A stretch of 64,000 nucleotides of DNA, from the NCBI RefSeq assembly GCF_006345805.1, contig NC_043002.1, forward strand, positions 21,886,001 to 21,950,000, in the 5' to 3' direction. The position numbers and the translations under genes were made by a program. Under the pieces are notes generated by a model, which worked only from the letters and a program-made list of their open reading frames with translations, searched no databases and had not been told where the DNA came from. Positions within the stretch are counted from its first letter, which is position 1. Every line of letters begins with the position of its first letter. Positions 50,162 through 63,127 of the stretch are shown here, piece by piece. This DNA comes from Octopus sinensis (taxonomy: Eukaryota).

Positions 50162-50165
<4 letters not shown>
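49609..50165. mobile_element. 557-bp non-coding insertion inside an (ATT)n/(TAA)n microsatellite
   Basis: Complex sequence bounded sharply by long (ATT)n tracts on both sides. Confidence 0.6.
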
Positions 50166-50219
<54 letters not shown>

Positions 50220-50586
50220 GGTAATAATACTTATTGAATTTAAATATATATATGTAAATTCATAGTTAGTTTTAAAAAACGGACAAAAACGACAACAAAA
50301 ACGACGCGAGGACGTGGTACATGCAAAGTATTAATAAGACACTCAGAGGAGGAAAGAGAATGGTTGTTTTACGTTTCGAGCAAAGCTCTTTTTCGGAAAT
50401 AGGAGACATAAGAAAGTCCAAAAGAAAAGGAAAAAGAAGAAAAATATAACCAAGAGTCCACGTGTAGTTACACTTTGGAATGACCGGAAATAGATGGACA
50501 AAAAGAAAGTGCTTTCTGGGACAGAAGAGTGCGAAGAATGGTCGGTATCTTGTGTATGTGTGGGTGGGTGCGGCGCGCGCGATAGC

Positions 50587-50626
<40 letters not shown>

Positions 50627-50957
50627 TAGCGTGTGTTTGTGGCAGTAACAGAGTGTGTGTGTGTGTGGCAGTAATCGAGTGTGAGTGTGTGTACGTGTGA
50701 TGGTAGAGGCATGAGTGTGTGTGTGCGTGTGGTAGTAATGGCATGTGTATGTGTGTGATACCATGTGTGTGTATGGTAGCGCGCGCGCGCGTGTGTGTGG
50801 TAGTAACACTCACACAGACATGACAGAAGTAAATAGAAACCCTCATAAGCGTTAAAATTTATTTAAATCTGAAATTATGCATTCAAATTATTTATTAGGC
50901 GTGGTTGTGTGGTAAGTAGCTTGCTTACCACCCACATGGTTCCGGGTTCAATCCCGG

Positions 50958-51714
50958 AGAAGAGTGGAAGGAGTCCTTTCCACAACATGGAGGCATATTT
51001 ATCTGAGTTTATACTTACCTCACATTCCACCAGCACTGAACGACCAAACTTGTCTCCAAACTGCTCCCAGACCGTCATAGAATAACCGCCGTGTTTCAGT
51101 GTTGGCTGCAATCTTTTCACACCAAATTCTTGATCACGGAGTCTCCAGACCCCACTCAACTACTGTCAGAAAATATACCAAATTGGACACATCAAAGAAT
51201 ATAACAGATTCCCAAAATGCTAGTGGCATCTCCACCATCTCACTGGCTCAATCTTCTCTCCGCTTGATATTGGTTGTTTTTGTGTATGTATGTATGTATG
51301 TATGTATGTATGTATGTATGTATGTATGTATGTATGTATGTATGTATGGCTTCCTTCTTGTTGCTCTGCCATAATTGCCAAGTTTGTGGGGATACTTGAC
51401 AGCTGTTCTGGGACTGACATCAACTTGTTCTTCTATGTCACACTTCTCTTAACAAAGTAAAGGGTCCTATCAGAGGGTCCTTGTCAACTTGGGTGAAGTG
51501 ATGTGGACTCCTTTCCCTCTCTGGTGAATTGCGCAATCACTCTATTAATTGTACAAGGCAGGATCTCAAGGTTTTCTGCTAAGTCCACCTTCAGATTGAC
51601 CCACAATACGGCCTCTTTGAAATTCGAACAGTTCCAAGGGTCTTTTTTTATTTTTGTACGTGGCTTGATTAAACAGTCATATAGACCCTGAAACATAAAA
51701 TTGTCAATTAACAT
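50958..51714 (-). mobile_element. Tc1-family transposase relic
   Basis: LAENLEILPCTINRVIAQFTREG (HTH) and LQPTLKHGGYSMTVW..INSDKYASMLWKGLLP. Confidence 0.75.
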
Positions 51715-51856
51715 AAAATATAAACGTTTTCAAGTTAGAATAAATAAAACGATGTTTTATAGGGTGTCTATTTACTTGTGTCATATCTGTGTATAAATCT
51801 ATATGCTTATATGCATTTATCTTCTGAATATATTTAGTCTTTGTCTCCCCCCCCCC

Positions 51857-51890
<34 letters not shown>

Positions 51891-52685
51891 CGTGTGTGTG
51901 TGTATCGCTGAGCGGAATAGAAAATGTCTGCCTACAGCTGTTTACCACTTTGACGTTGTTGCCTAATGACAATCGCTCTGAACTGTCAGACATGTTCTTA
52001 GCATGGAGCAATGGTGATTTACCAGAGTCAGATGATATATCATATATTCTCTTGTTCGCAATGCCATGGTTTTTACTTTTCTTTTCTTAAAAGTGTCACA
52101 AACACGTGTTACCTTCTGAACATTAAGTCTCATATATTTTCTTTTTTGACAGATTCATTTGCATATTTCAACTCGATAATTCATAAATTATTACTACTAG
52201 ATATTTGTTGAAAAATACGAGGTTCAGATGTAAAGTACACAGGTTGACCATGATAATTTCATGGAATGTGACCAAATGAGGTGTATTTTTCAACATAGTC
52301 CCCACTCCTGCGGTCTACACACCTTCCTTTGCTGTTGAAGCGCTTTGGTCTCATTGGTGAAGTTTTCTTCCTGTTGGTCAAAAAATCCTTCAGCTGCAGC
52401 TATGTCATCATCATCATCACTGCGATACAGTTTCCCAGACAAGTGGGGTTTTTTTAAAATGTGGGGAAGCAGATGATAACCTGATGGGGTCAAATCAGGA
52501 GAATAGGGACGGTGGTCAACCAGTTCAAAGACACAGTCACGCACAACAGTCATGAAAACCAAGAACTGTTTGCTGGAGCATTGTCCCGATGAAACAAGAC
52601 CCCTTTCATCAGATTTCCTAAGGAGTTTGGCCTTGGTAGCCTTTCGTAACTATATTAGCAAGTTGGTATAGTACTTTCTATTCAT

Positions 52686-52921
52686 GGCGGCGAGCTGTCA
52701 GAAACGTTAGCACGCCGGGCGAAATGTGTAGCCGTATTTCGTCTACCGTTACGTTCAGAGTTCAAATTCCGCCGAGGTCGACTTTGCCTTTCATCCTTTC
52801 GGGGTCGATTAAATAAGTACCAGTTACGCACTGGGGTAGATATAATCGACTTAATCCGTGTGTCTGTCCTCGTTTGTCCCCGCTTTGTTTAGCCCCTTGT
52901 GGATAGTAAAGAAATAGGTAT
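52686..52921 (+). mobile_element. Young full-length SINE family B inserted in the mariner
   Basis: Complete head-unit-tail ending AAAGAAATAGGTAT. Confidence 0.9.
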
Positions 52922-53127
52922 AACAGTTTTGAAGATAGTCAATAAACATAATACCTTTTGCATCCCAAAAAACTGAGGCCCTCACCTTCCCTGCAGATGA
53001 AATGACTTTAGCCTTCTTTGGAACAGGTGAGGAGGAGTCTTTCCGCTGCATGGATTACCTCTTTGTCTCTGGCTCAATGTGATGATCCCAACACTCAATT
53101 TGGGTTAGGAAACGTTCAAGGAAACTA

Positions 53128-55020
53128 CACTATGTTTCCTTTTATTATGCAGGTCAACCATTCCTCAATAAAATCAAAATCAAAACCCTCTGTCCGATTT
53201 TCTTAAAATTCTTACGGAATATGTAGAATTATATATTCCATGTCTCGTGTGCTTTTCGTCTAAATCGGTGTATATTTAAAGCAGAAATGAAGAAAAATAC
53301 GTTTATAAGGTATTTCTTTTTATTATGCAAGTTACCAAGACATTGCTTTCCCCCATGTGATATGTGATTTCGAAATGTTCTTTTTTTAATTTCAGATACA
53401 AGAAATATAAAATGGGTCGAAGTAAAGACATAACGTCAAAAGAAAAGAAATAAATAGGGAAACTAATGAGAGAAGGGGATACAACAATTGTAATTTCTAA
53501 AACATTAAATAAAGGTCACAAAACATTGAGAGAGTAAGAATAAGGAAGAAAATGGGTTTCAGGGACATCACAAATAAAGATAACAGAAAACTCAAAAGAA
53601 TTATGCGCAAGAAAAGTGGGAAAAGTGGGTTAATAGGCGCAGGAGTGGCTGCGTGGTAAGTAGCTTGCTTCCCAACCACATGGTTCAGGGTTCAGTCCCA
53701 CTGCGTGGCATCTTGGGCAAGTGTCTTCTATTATAGCCTCGGACCGACCAAAGCCTTGTGAGTGGATTTGGTAGACGGAAACTGAAAGAAGCCCGTCGTA
53801 TATATGTATATGTATATATGTGTGTGTGTGTTTGTGTGTCTGTGTTTGTCCCTACCCCAACATCGCTTGAAAACCGATGCTGGTGTGTTTACGTCCCCGT
53901 AACATAGCGGTTCGGCAAAAGAGACCTAGAATAAGTACTAGGCTTACAAAGAATAAGTCCTGGGGTCGATATGCTCGACTAAAGGCGGTGCTCCAGCATG
54001 GCCGCAGTCAAATGACTGAAACAAGTAAAAGAGTAACCAGTAAACAAATCTTTGAAGAAGCAGCAATCTCTAACATACAAAGGAAAAAACGTTGCATAAT
54101 ACTAAAATAAATAGGCAAAGTCATAAATTTTGCAAAATTGCTTCCTTTAAATAAAGTACGCAAAGAAGAAAGAGTGACGTGGGCAAAAATGATATATGAA
54201 GGCAGACTTTACAAATGTAACTTTTTTTAACGAATGCAGAGCAACATTAGATGGACCTGATGGATGGGCAAGAGGCTGAGTGTTACATGGAAAAAGTCAA
54301 CCAACATGACTAAGAAGACAGCAAGGTAGTGGAGGAATCATGTTTTGCGCCTCCATTGGTACAAGTCAACATCACGATGTTTTAAGTTAAAGACTATCTT
54401 TATGCATGATAATACCCGTCCACACTATGCCAAACTCACTACTAACCATTTAGCTAAGGAAAGTTTCAAAGAACATAAGATAATGGAATGGTTCCCCCAA
54501 TCTCCAGATCTAAACACAACAGAGAATTTATGGTCAGTTATTAAGAAAGATGTATATTCTAATGATAAACAATATCCAAACAAGAATTTACTATTGGAAG
54601 CACTAAAAACTGCTGCAAGTAATATTAAAAGTGAAATTGTTGAGAAATTGACAAAATCAGTTGATAAGAGACAAAATTAGTTGACGGAAAAGAAGGCTAT
54701 ATAAAGATGTAAAATATATACATAATTATTTGTAAATATAATCACATGATGGAAGATATAAGTATATTTAATGGTCTGGTTATGTATTGTTCTATATATA
54801 AATCACATTACATGTAGTTTATATATTTTTTAACTAGCATAATAAAAAGAAACGTGTTTTTCTTCATTTCCGCTTTAAATGTACACTGATTTAGACGAAA
54901 AGTACATGAGACATGGGATATATAATCCTACATATTCCGTAAACATTTCAAGAAGATCGGACGAGAGGTTTTGATTTTATTGAGGAATGATTGACCATCA
55001 TAATAAACGGAAACATAGTG
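53128..55020 (+). mobile_element. Tc1-like DD37E (TRT-type) transposon, internally deleted, nested in the mariner
   Basis: TA|CACTATGTTTCC..GGAAACATAGTG|TA with TIRs of about 180 bp; NECRATLDGPDGWARG..RRQQGSGGIMF; FMHDN-(37 aa D-to-E spacing)-SPDLNTTENLW. Confidence 0.82.
53636..54035 (+). mobile_element. SINE family A nested in the DD37E element
   Basis: Full head-to-tail match. Confidence 0.9.
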
Positions 55021-55679
55021 TAGCTTGATCTGCTTCAAACAATCTCAGGTTTTGCCATGAAGTAATCAGCCTGGTGCGCTTTTCCTCAGGCGTCAGAAGA
55101 CGCGGATCGGGTGTCAGAAGACAAGCGGAAACCTTCGTCATGTCAAGTTCATTGTACGGAATATTCTCAACACTCTCACGAGATATGCTAACTGTATCTG
55201 CTATTTGATTTATAGTGAATTGTTTGTCATCCATCACCATGTGATGAACATAATCAATATTTTCCTCGGTGGTGGCAGTTTCAGAACGCTCAGACCATGG
55301 ATCATCTTTAAGACTCTTCCTTCCCGTCCTAAATTCAGCTGCCCACTTTTGCACTGTTGATAAAGCCGGAGCCCCATTCCATAATGTAGCAACCATGTCA
55401 GAATAAATGTCGTTGGTGACCTAACCCCTTTCCTGCATGCAATTGATAACATTTTGTGCATTTTTAAGAGAAGTTGCTACTAGTTACTGTTGAAATTTTC
55501 TTTGAACCGTAGCATATCAGTTTTCCTGGACAGAAACGATGCTGTCATTAAGAACATTTGAAATTAATGCATGCAAGACTTCACAGTTCTAGCATCACTT
55601 CTTCATAGTCAGCCTACGAACTTTTCACCCATCCTCGCATCTCATATACACGACTTCATCTATGTTTTTTTTTATACTA

Positions 55680-56065
55680 TAGGCACAAGACCTGAAATTT
55701 TGGTGGAGGGACCAGTCGATTAGATCGACCCCAATAGGCAACTGGTACTTAATTTATCGACCTCGAAAGGATGAAAGACCAAGTCGAGCTCTGGAATTTG
55801 AACTCAGAACGTAGCGACGGGCGAAATACCTATTTCTTTACTACCCCCAAGGGGCTAAACACAGAGAGGACAAAGAAGGACAGACAAACGGATCAGGTCG
55901 ATTATATCGACCCCAGTGCGTAACCGGTACTTAATTTATCGATCCCGAAAGGATGAAAGGCAAAGTCGAGCTCGGTGGAATTTGAACTCAGAACGTCCCG
56001 ACGGGCGAAATACCGCTAAGCATTTTCGTCCATCGTGCTAACGTTTCCGCCAGTTCGCCGCCTTA
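55680..56065 (-). mobile_element. SINE family B dimer
   Basis: Head followed by two core units. Confidence 0.85.
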
Positions 56066-58639
56066 CGACTTCATCTATGTTTTTATCGTGCCCGAATTTC
56101 ATTTGTATTCTATACTGGGTGATTGAGTGTAAATTAATCTAAACCGTTATAAATGACTGTTGATTTGCGTACATCAGACAGAGCATGTATCATCTTTTGG
56201 CGTCTAAAATTTCAGAAAAACATGTCACTGAAACTCCAATTAACAATTAACACCAAATTTTCAGTATCACAATTAATTTTCACTCATTCTCTTAATATCC
56301 TCTATTACTTGATGTTGACGACCTCTGTCCTTTTTGCAATATATGTAAAACATATAATCGCAATGTAAACAAGGTTTTTATATGTAAACAAGTTTTCTAA
56401 TATTGACCTAATGTGTGGGAGCTATGCTTTCTCTGATATGGTTTTAACATACCAAGTATTTTAGAATTAAGCTAGAATAACTTATTATTTATCTTTTACT
56501 TTTTCAGTCATTGGATTGTGGCTATACTGGTGCACTGCCTTGAAGAGTTATAGTCAAACAAATCAAGTTTGTTTCAGATTCCAGCTACCAAAACCCATTC
56601 ACAAAGCTTTGGCTGGTTCAGGGCTGTAGCAGAAAACATTTGCCCAACCCAAAACCATGTGGTTGGGAAGAAAGCTTCTTATCACGAGAATTAATGCATA
56701 AGTTCTCTGGTACGGTAAACAATTCTTCCTCTACATTTTTCTTCAAATCAAATAAAAAAAAAGTATTTATTCAAGCTTTTGCCATATATATAAACAACAC
56801 AGCTGCGTGATTAAGAATATCGTATAGCAACTACTTGTGAATGAATTCGATCCTACAGCAGGGTAAAAATGTCACCTTCTATCATTGTCTCGATTCGACC
56901 AAGACCTCGTGAGTGAAATTTGATAGAAGGAAACTGAATGGAATTCCATTTGAGAGACGTTCCTGTTCTCAGATGGTTGACTTAATTTGTCATTCGATTT
57001 AATGCCACAATTTAGCGACCATCTGGCCACTACTTGGCCACCACTTGGTCACAACTTACCTTCCTTTAAAAGACTAATAGCCAGGTTTGTAGTCTGAGGT
57101 GAACTTCCTCTGTTCTACCAGCTTCGGACACCTTGATATGGGTCATGGACGCTGCCCGTTTTCTTCAAACGAAGCCATTAAGAAAAAAGAAAATTTGAAA
57201 GACAATCTGATACACTTCATATGCAATTCTAACTGCCCTTAAATGGTTTTATCTAATTACGTTCAAATAACAATTCTTCTGTTGTTATTTCCGTACTTGT
57301 TCTCTGAGCTGTATCAGACCACAGTTAATCTACAGCAGTATAGGAAATACATTATCATATAGAACTAATGAATTCATACTCTTTGTTTTGTGTTATATAA
57401 TAAATTTCTACACCACCAGATGAAATATTCTGACTGAATAAATATGCGTAGCCATCAGTGAACATGTGGAATTCTGAATGCAATGGAGCTGATGAGATGC
57501 AGCTAACTCAGCGATTATAAGATTGTAAGTCCCAAAGGGAAAAAACACTTACCAAGAATTGTTTTAGAACAAAGCTAGAAAAAATGTTTTTCTCGTATAT
57601 TATTGGTATGCCTTTTTGTTATTCCCTTCGATCATTAATCGCTATATCAATCCCATAAAATCTTTACGATGGGAATCGAGTGATCGTACATACATACATA
57701 CATACATACATACATACATACTACATACATACATACATATATACATACATACATACATACATGCATACATACATACATATATACATACATACATACATAC
57801 ATACATATACATGAATATATGAATGCATTTATGTATGTATAAACAGCTTAATTGGGAGATTATACGTAGTGCCCAATACATCAAGCTAATGAGATACAAA
57901 AAGGTTGAAATAGCGATGTTTCCATTTCTGTTGTTGTTTCTTGCTATGAACGTAATCAATTAATCTCATAATCTACCCAATGTATAAACAAGCCTTCATA
58001 AAGTCTCATTAATCAGCATTTGTATGTGTGAACATACAGAAAGTACAACTATGAATCATTTCAGCTGGTAGCTCTAGCGGTATACGTATTTAAGTGCTGT
58101 CAAAATTAGCTACTAATGGTTGGGTTAATAGCTAATCTAAACAGTGATATGTAAAATGTTTACTCATGGCAGGGTAGTGTTGCTGTAAGTAGTCACCTGG
58201 GTCAGATTAACATTCTGAATAAAATTATTCTGACTTGATATTAAGTGTATACACATTAAAAATGGGTGGGATTTTGAATCGAAGCAACTGGGTGTTGAAA
58301 GTGTTCACAGTAGAAGAAAAAGATTGACAGTAAAAAAATAAATAAATAAATAAATAAATAAAAATTGAAAAGCACTGATCTTATCGAAGGGCTATTTAGT
58401 GAAGGGCCCTACATCATATCATGAATTAATGACTGCTACGACTGAGGCTTTCTGTGAGATAGATTAGCTCAAAGTACGAATCTTAATACTCATTTAAAAA
58501 GAAAATAGTGTACTCACTTTTTAAGACAATAAATGACACAAGCACTCATGAATACTTGCTGCACATAGCAGGCGGCTACGAGGGGTTGAATATAAAGTCA
58601 CCGGAAAGGACATGAGAAAAGAACGAGCGAGTTTATATA

Positions 58640-59222
58640 AGCCTTTCTACTGGAGGCACAATGCCTCAAATTTGGTGGGAGGGGACTAGTCGATTACATC
58701 GACCTCAGTACGCAACTGGTACTTTTAATTTAACGATCCCGAAAGGATGAAAGGCAAAGTCGACCTCGGCGGAATTTGATCTCAGAACGTAACGGCAGAC
58801 GAAATACCTATTTCTTTATTACCCACAAGGGACTAAACATGGGGATAAACAAGGACAGACATAGGTATTAAGTCGATTATATCGACCCTAGTGAGTAACT
58901 GGTACTTAATTTATCGACCCCGAAAGGATGAAAGGCAAAGTCGACCTCGGCTGAATTTGAACTCAGAACGTAGCGGCAGACGAAATACCAATTTCTTTAT
59001 TATCCACAAGGGGCTAAACACAGAGGGGACAAACAAGGACAGACATAGGTATTAAGTCGATTACATCGACCCCAGTGCGTAACTGGTACTTAATTTATCG
59101 ACCCCGAAAGGATGAAAGGCAAAGTCGACCTCGGCGGAATTTGAACTCACAACGTAACGCAGACGAAATACCGCTAAGCATTTCGCCCTGTGTGCTAACG
59201 ATTGTGCCAGCTCGCCGCCTTT
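58640..59222 (-). mobile_element. SINE family B trimer
   Basis: One head followed by three units of about 180 bp. Confidence 0.88.
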
Positions 59223-60989
59223 AGCGAGTTTATATAATACCAACATAATCACCATCTACTGATGGAGTGAAAATGCCTCCGTTATGCTTTACTAGGAGAG
59301 ATTTTAGAGTATCTTGGAGAGCGCGCGTGTATACACACACATTGTTGACGTCATAAGAATTTAAAAACTTTAAAAAATAGCGTCTAAATATTAGGTTAAA
59401 AGAGCCCTTTGCATATAAAAGATCAAAGGCTGCTTGTGAGGCTCGAACCAGCATCTACTGTTAATATGACAAGCCTTCTAAAATTGGGCTAAAGCAATCT
59501 TTCGAATTCTTTTCAAATACATGGTTGAGAGGAGCTACGTATATGAGCTTGTAGGTACATACGTACTTGTATACCTAAGTATATATTTAAGTATGTGCAT
59601 ATAAAGTATATGTGCATAATTATAGAGCCATTATTGCATTACCAGCAAACATATATTTCTGTGCTGCCTTGTTTGCACATTATGCATTTTCATTGTATAT
59701 TTTATTAACATCTGTTTCTTCCCGAGCTATGGCCTTTAATTACGTGATAGAAACGGCGTTTTATGGAACTTTTTAAAGTCTTTTATTTATATATTATGTG
59801 AACAACCTACGTGTCTTTGGTAACCGGGCTGATAAATAAATGCCTTGGCACGAAAATTCATGACCTTGGAATAATTCTTGTCGTATTTTCCAGCTCATAA
59901 AATTCTTGTGATGTAGTAGTCCTTGATAAACAAAACGGCGAGATTGTCACAGATGGAACTTTTTAAATCTTAGGCGTAATCAATGGGAACGGGTCTGCTG
60001 CTAAACATCAGAAATAGAAGCAGGAAGAATAACAACAGTGACAATAAGAACGGCAACAACTGGCAATAAAGCAAGCAGCAACTACAACAACAATAATAAC
60101 AACAACAGCCATAATCGCCAATGGCTTCATCGTTACATCATCGAATGTCAAATTTTTATTCGTGCCTTTTACATGATGCTGCGTTTATTCAACTAGGCTC
60201 TGCGGACCTCTGAAGGTGCCCACAAAAAAAAAAAAAAAGCCGGGAATTCATGAGCTAAATTCCTAAATTTCTTGTTAGTGAAAAGATTAACGACTACTGT
60301 TGCTGAATATAATAGCTTACTGAATATAATTACTTACAGCAACAGATACTCTGCATGTCATATTTTATCTCTTTGGGTCAAGAGATAACCTGATCTGGTT
60401 AAAGTATAACCCCGATTAGGTTAAGGTGTAACTTGATTACAGTAACGTATAACCTTAATTAGGTTAAAGTACAATCATTTGCTTTGAATGATTTAATTCA
60501 GGTTTTATCTTTTAACTTAATTTGTTTAATGTGCGATCATTCGAGACTTTGAATCATTAAATTCAATTACACCTGCCAACAAAATAAATATTTTATTTTC
60601 TGGCATAAATTCTTAGAGCTGGTTTAGACTAATTTTGGAGTGCTAATTCCAAAACTGACTTGAGATTTCTTCAATGACATCACATTTCTGTGTCATCAGT
60701 TTCTGTCTTTATTTACCTGAATCATACCAAAATTAACTTTACACCACTATCTGCGAAAATTTTATTTGGATTGTCAAGCTAATTTTGAATAGTTAGCATG
60801 AGTTTTGCTTTTAGATCCTTTCTCTTCTTTTCAGACATGAACTGAACCACTGCGATCTAGTAATGGATACAATATCAAAATGAAAGAAGTGCTGTAATTA
60901 CCCCGATATCTTCTGTTGCATCTGTGTAAACTTCATTCAACAGGTTCAAAAGCGCAACATTAGTAACTTTGTCCAGGAGGTACTCCGTG

Positions 60990-61245
60990 CCGTAAAAAGC
61001 ACCAATCCGATCATGGCCGTTGCCAGCCTCGCTTGGCACCTATGCCGGTGGCACGTAAAAAGCACCCACTACACTCACGGAGTGGTTGGCGTTAGGAAGG
61101 GCATCCAGTTGTAGAAACACTGCCAGATCAGACTGGAGCCTGGTGCAGCCTTCTGGCTTCCCAGATCCCCGGTCGAACCGTCCAACCCATGCTAGCATGG
61201 AGAATGGACGTTAAACGATGATGATGATGATGATGATGATGATGT
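60990..61245 (+). mobile_element. Ceph/Nin-type SINE 3' part with RTE-like (GAT)n tail
   Basis: CTACACTCACGGAGTGGTTGGCGTTAGGAAGGGCATCCAG..CCAACCCATGCTAGCATGG..GGACGTTAAACGATGATGAT. Confidence 0.75.
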
Positions 61246-62805
61246 ATGTCTTGCTTACTTTAAAGCAGAACTTGGAGATCAGGACAAAATCTGGGCTTCC
61301 CACAAAGTTTGCAAAACCTGTGTCGAATATTTGCGATCATGGTCTCAAGGAAAGAATGCGATATTCAAGTCTGGTGTAGTAATGGTGTGGAGAGAACCAA
61401 CAGACCAGGTGGATAACTACTACTTCTGCCCTGTGAGTGCAAAAGGGTTCAATACAAAAACCAAACAACACTTGCAATACCCAGATCTTCCATCTGTCCA
61501 ACGACTGGCTGTACACTTCGAGGAAATACCTGTGCCTGAATTTATTGAGCTGTCACAGATTGATGATGAAGCCCCCAGTTCACCTACTACTTTGAAGATG
61601 AACAGTTTATACCATCTGATACAGATTGTGTTATTTTTTCTCCATGTAGTCAGCCTGAATTTCACTGATCTGGTCAGCATTTGTATTTGCCAAAGCAGTC
61701 TACTGAATTATTGGCTTCCAGGCTGCCAGCTTGGTCAGATGGTCAGCTTGTTTATTGTAATGATGTTGAAGGATTTCTTCTCAATCTGGAACTGCCGAAT
61801 ATGATTCACGTGAATGGAGACTTTTTATTGACAACTCTAAAAGCAGTTTGAAATGTGTTTCACTTCACAAAGGAAATGTGTGTAGCTCGATTCCAATACA
61901 ATACTATAGAAATGAAAGAAGAGTATGCTAACATCAAGATTGTTCTGGAGAAGTTGCAATATTATGCTCATGGATGGGTAATTTGTATCGATTTGAAAAT
62001 GGTAAACCATTTACTGGGTCAGCAAGGAGATTACTCTAAGTAACATGATTTTCCTGTTCTACTGGGGCAGTAGGGATAGAAAGGATCACTGGGTAAAAAA
62101 AGAATGGCTCCAAGAAATAGTTTGATGCCGGGTGACAAGAACATCATTAATGATCCTCTGATTGATAGTAAAAACATCATCTTCCTCTCACTGCACATAA
62201 AACTTTGTGTGACTAAGCAATTCCTCAAAGCTCTTGGAGACTGCTTCAGATATATGTATATATGTACCACCATTACAGATCTCAGTAACAAGAAGAAGGT
62301 AGGAATATTTGATGGTCTTCAAGTAAGAACACTTCCCATGGATACACATTTTGTCACTACAATGAGTGCAGCGGGGGTTAGAGCTTGGAATGCCTTCTCT
62401 AATGTGTTGCGGAATTTCCTCGGGAATAGGAAAGATGACAACTATCAAGAAAATATGGAGGAGCTGTTCTTGAGTTTGCAAGCGCTTGGATGTAGAATGA
62501 GCATTAAATTGCACTACTTACACAGTCACTTGGGTGAGTTTCTAGCGAAGAACAAGGAGAACGCTTTCATCAAGACGTAAAATTAATGGAAGAATGTTAC
62601 CAAGGCCGATGGGACTCAAACATGATGGCAGATTACTGCTGGAGCTTGATGAGAAATATTCCAGAAACTGTGCACAGGAGGTTATCAGAAAAGAGGAAGT
62701 TCTTGCAGAAATAAGATGATCAGAATAAATTACCATAATGAATAGAAAGTTTATATTCATATTTTGTTATCACCAAGCTTAATTCTTACATGCTAATGTG
62801 CATTT

Positions 62806-63127
62806 GTGGAGGCACATGGCCTAGTGGTTAGAGCAGCGGACTCGCGGTCGAGGGATCACGTGTTCGAATCTCAGACCGGGTGATGTGTGTGTTTATGAGC
62901 GAAACATCTAAGCTCCACGCGGCTCCGATAGAAGGTAATGGCGAACTTCTGCTGACTTTTTCGTCAGAACTTTCTCTCACTCTTTCCTCCTGCATCTTGT
63001 AGCTCATCTGTGACGGACCGGCGTCCCGTCCAGGTGGGGAACTGCTACTTCTGCCCTGTGAATGCAAAAGGAAACCGTGAAACCGGCCCTATGAGCCAGG
63101 CAAGGCTCGAGAAGGAACAAACAACAA
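62806..63127 (+). mobile_element. SINE family C, second copy, with a foreign internal patch
   Basis: Collinear with 44055-44357 except at 63043-63067. Confidence 0.88.

Larger units (their letters stand above)
52218..55637 (-). mobile_element. mariner element split by nested insertions
   Basis: CGAGG.. terminal repeats at both ends; STVQKWAAEF..DDPWSER..; EADQA|SFLERFLTQIECWDHHIEPETKR; SAGKVRASVFWDAKG; HRPYSPDLTPSGYHL. Confidence 0.88.

Noticed and set aside
58686-59222. CRISPR-like or satellite array
   Set aside because: The units are SINE B bodies without unique spacers, and the context is eukaryotic.
60370-60480. Four degenerate units of about 22 bp (AACC..ATTAGGTTAAAGT)
   Set aside because: Too short and degenerate to separate from an ordinary minisatellite.
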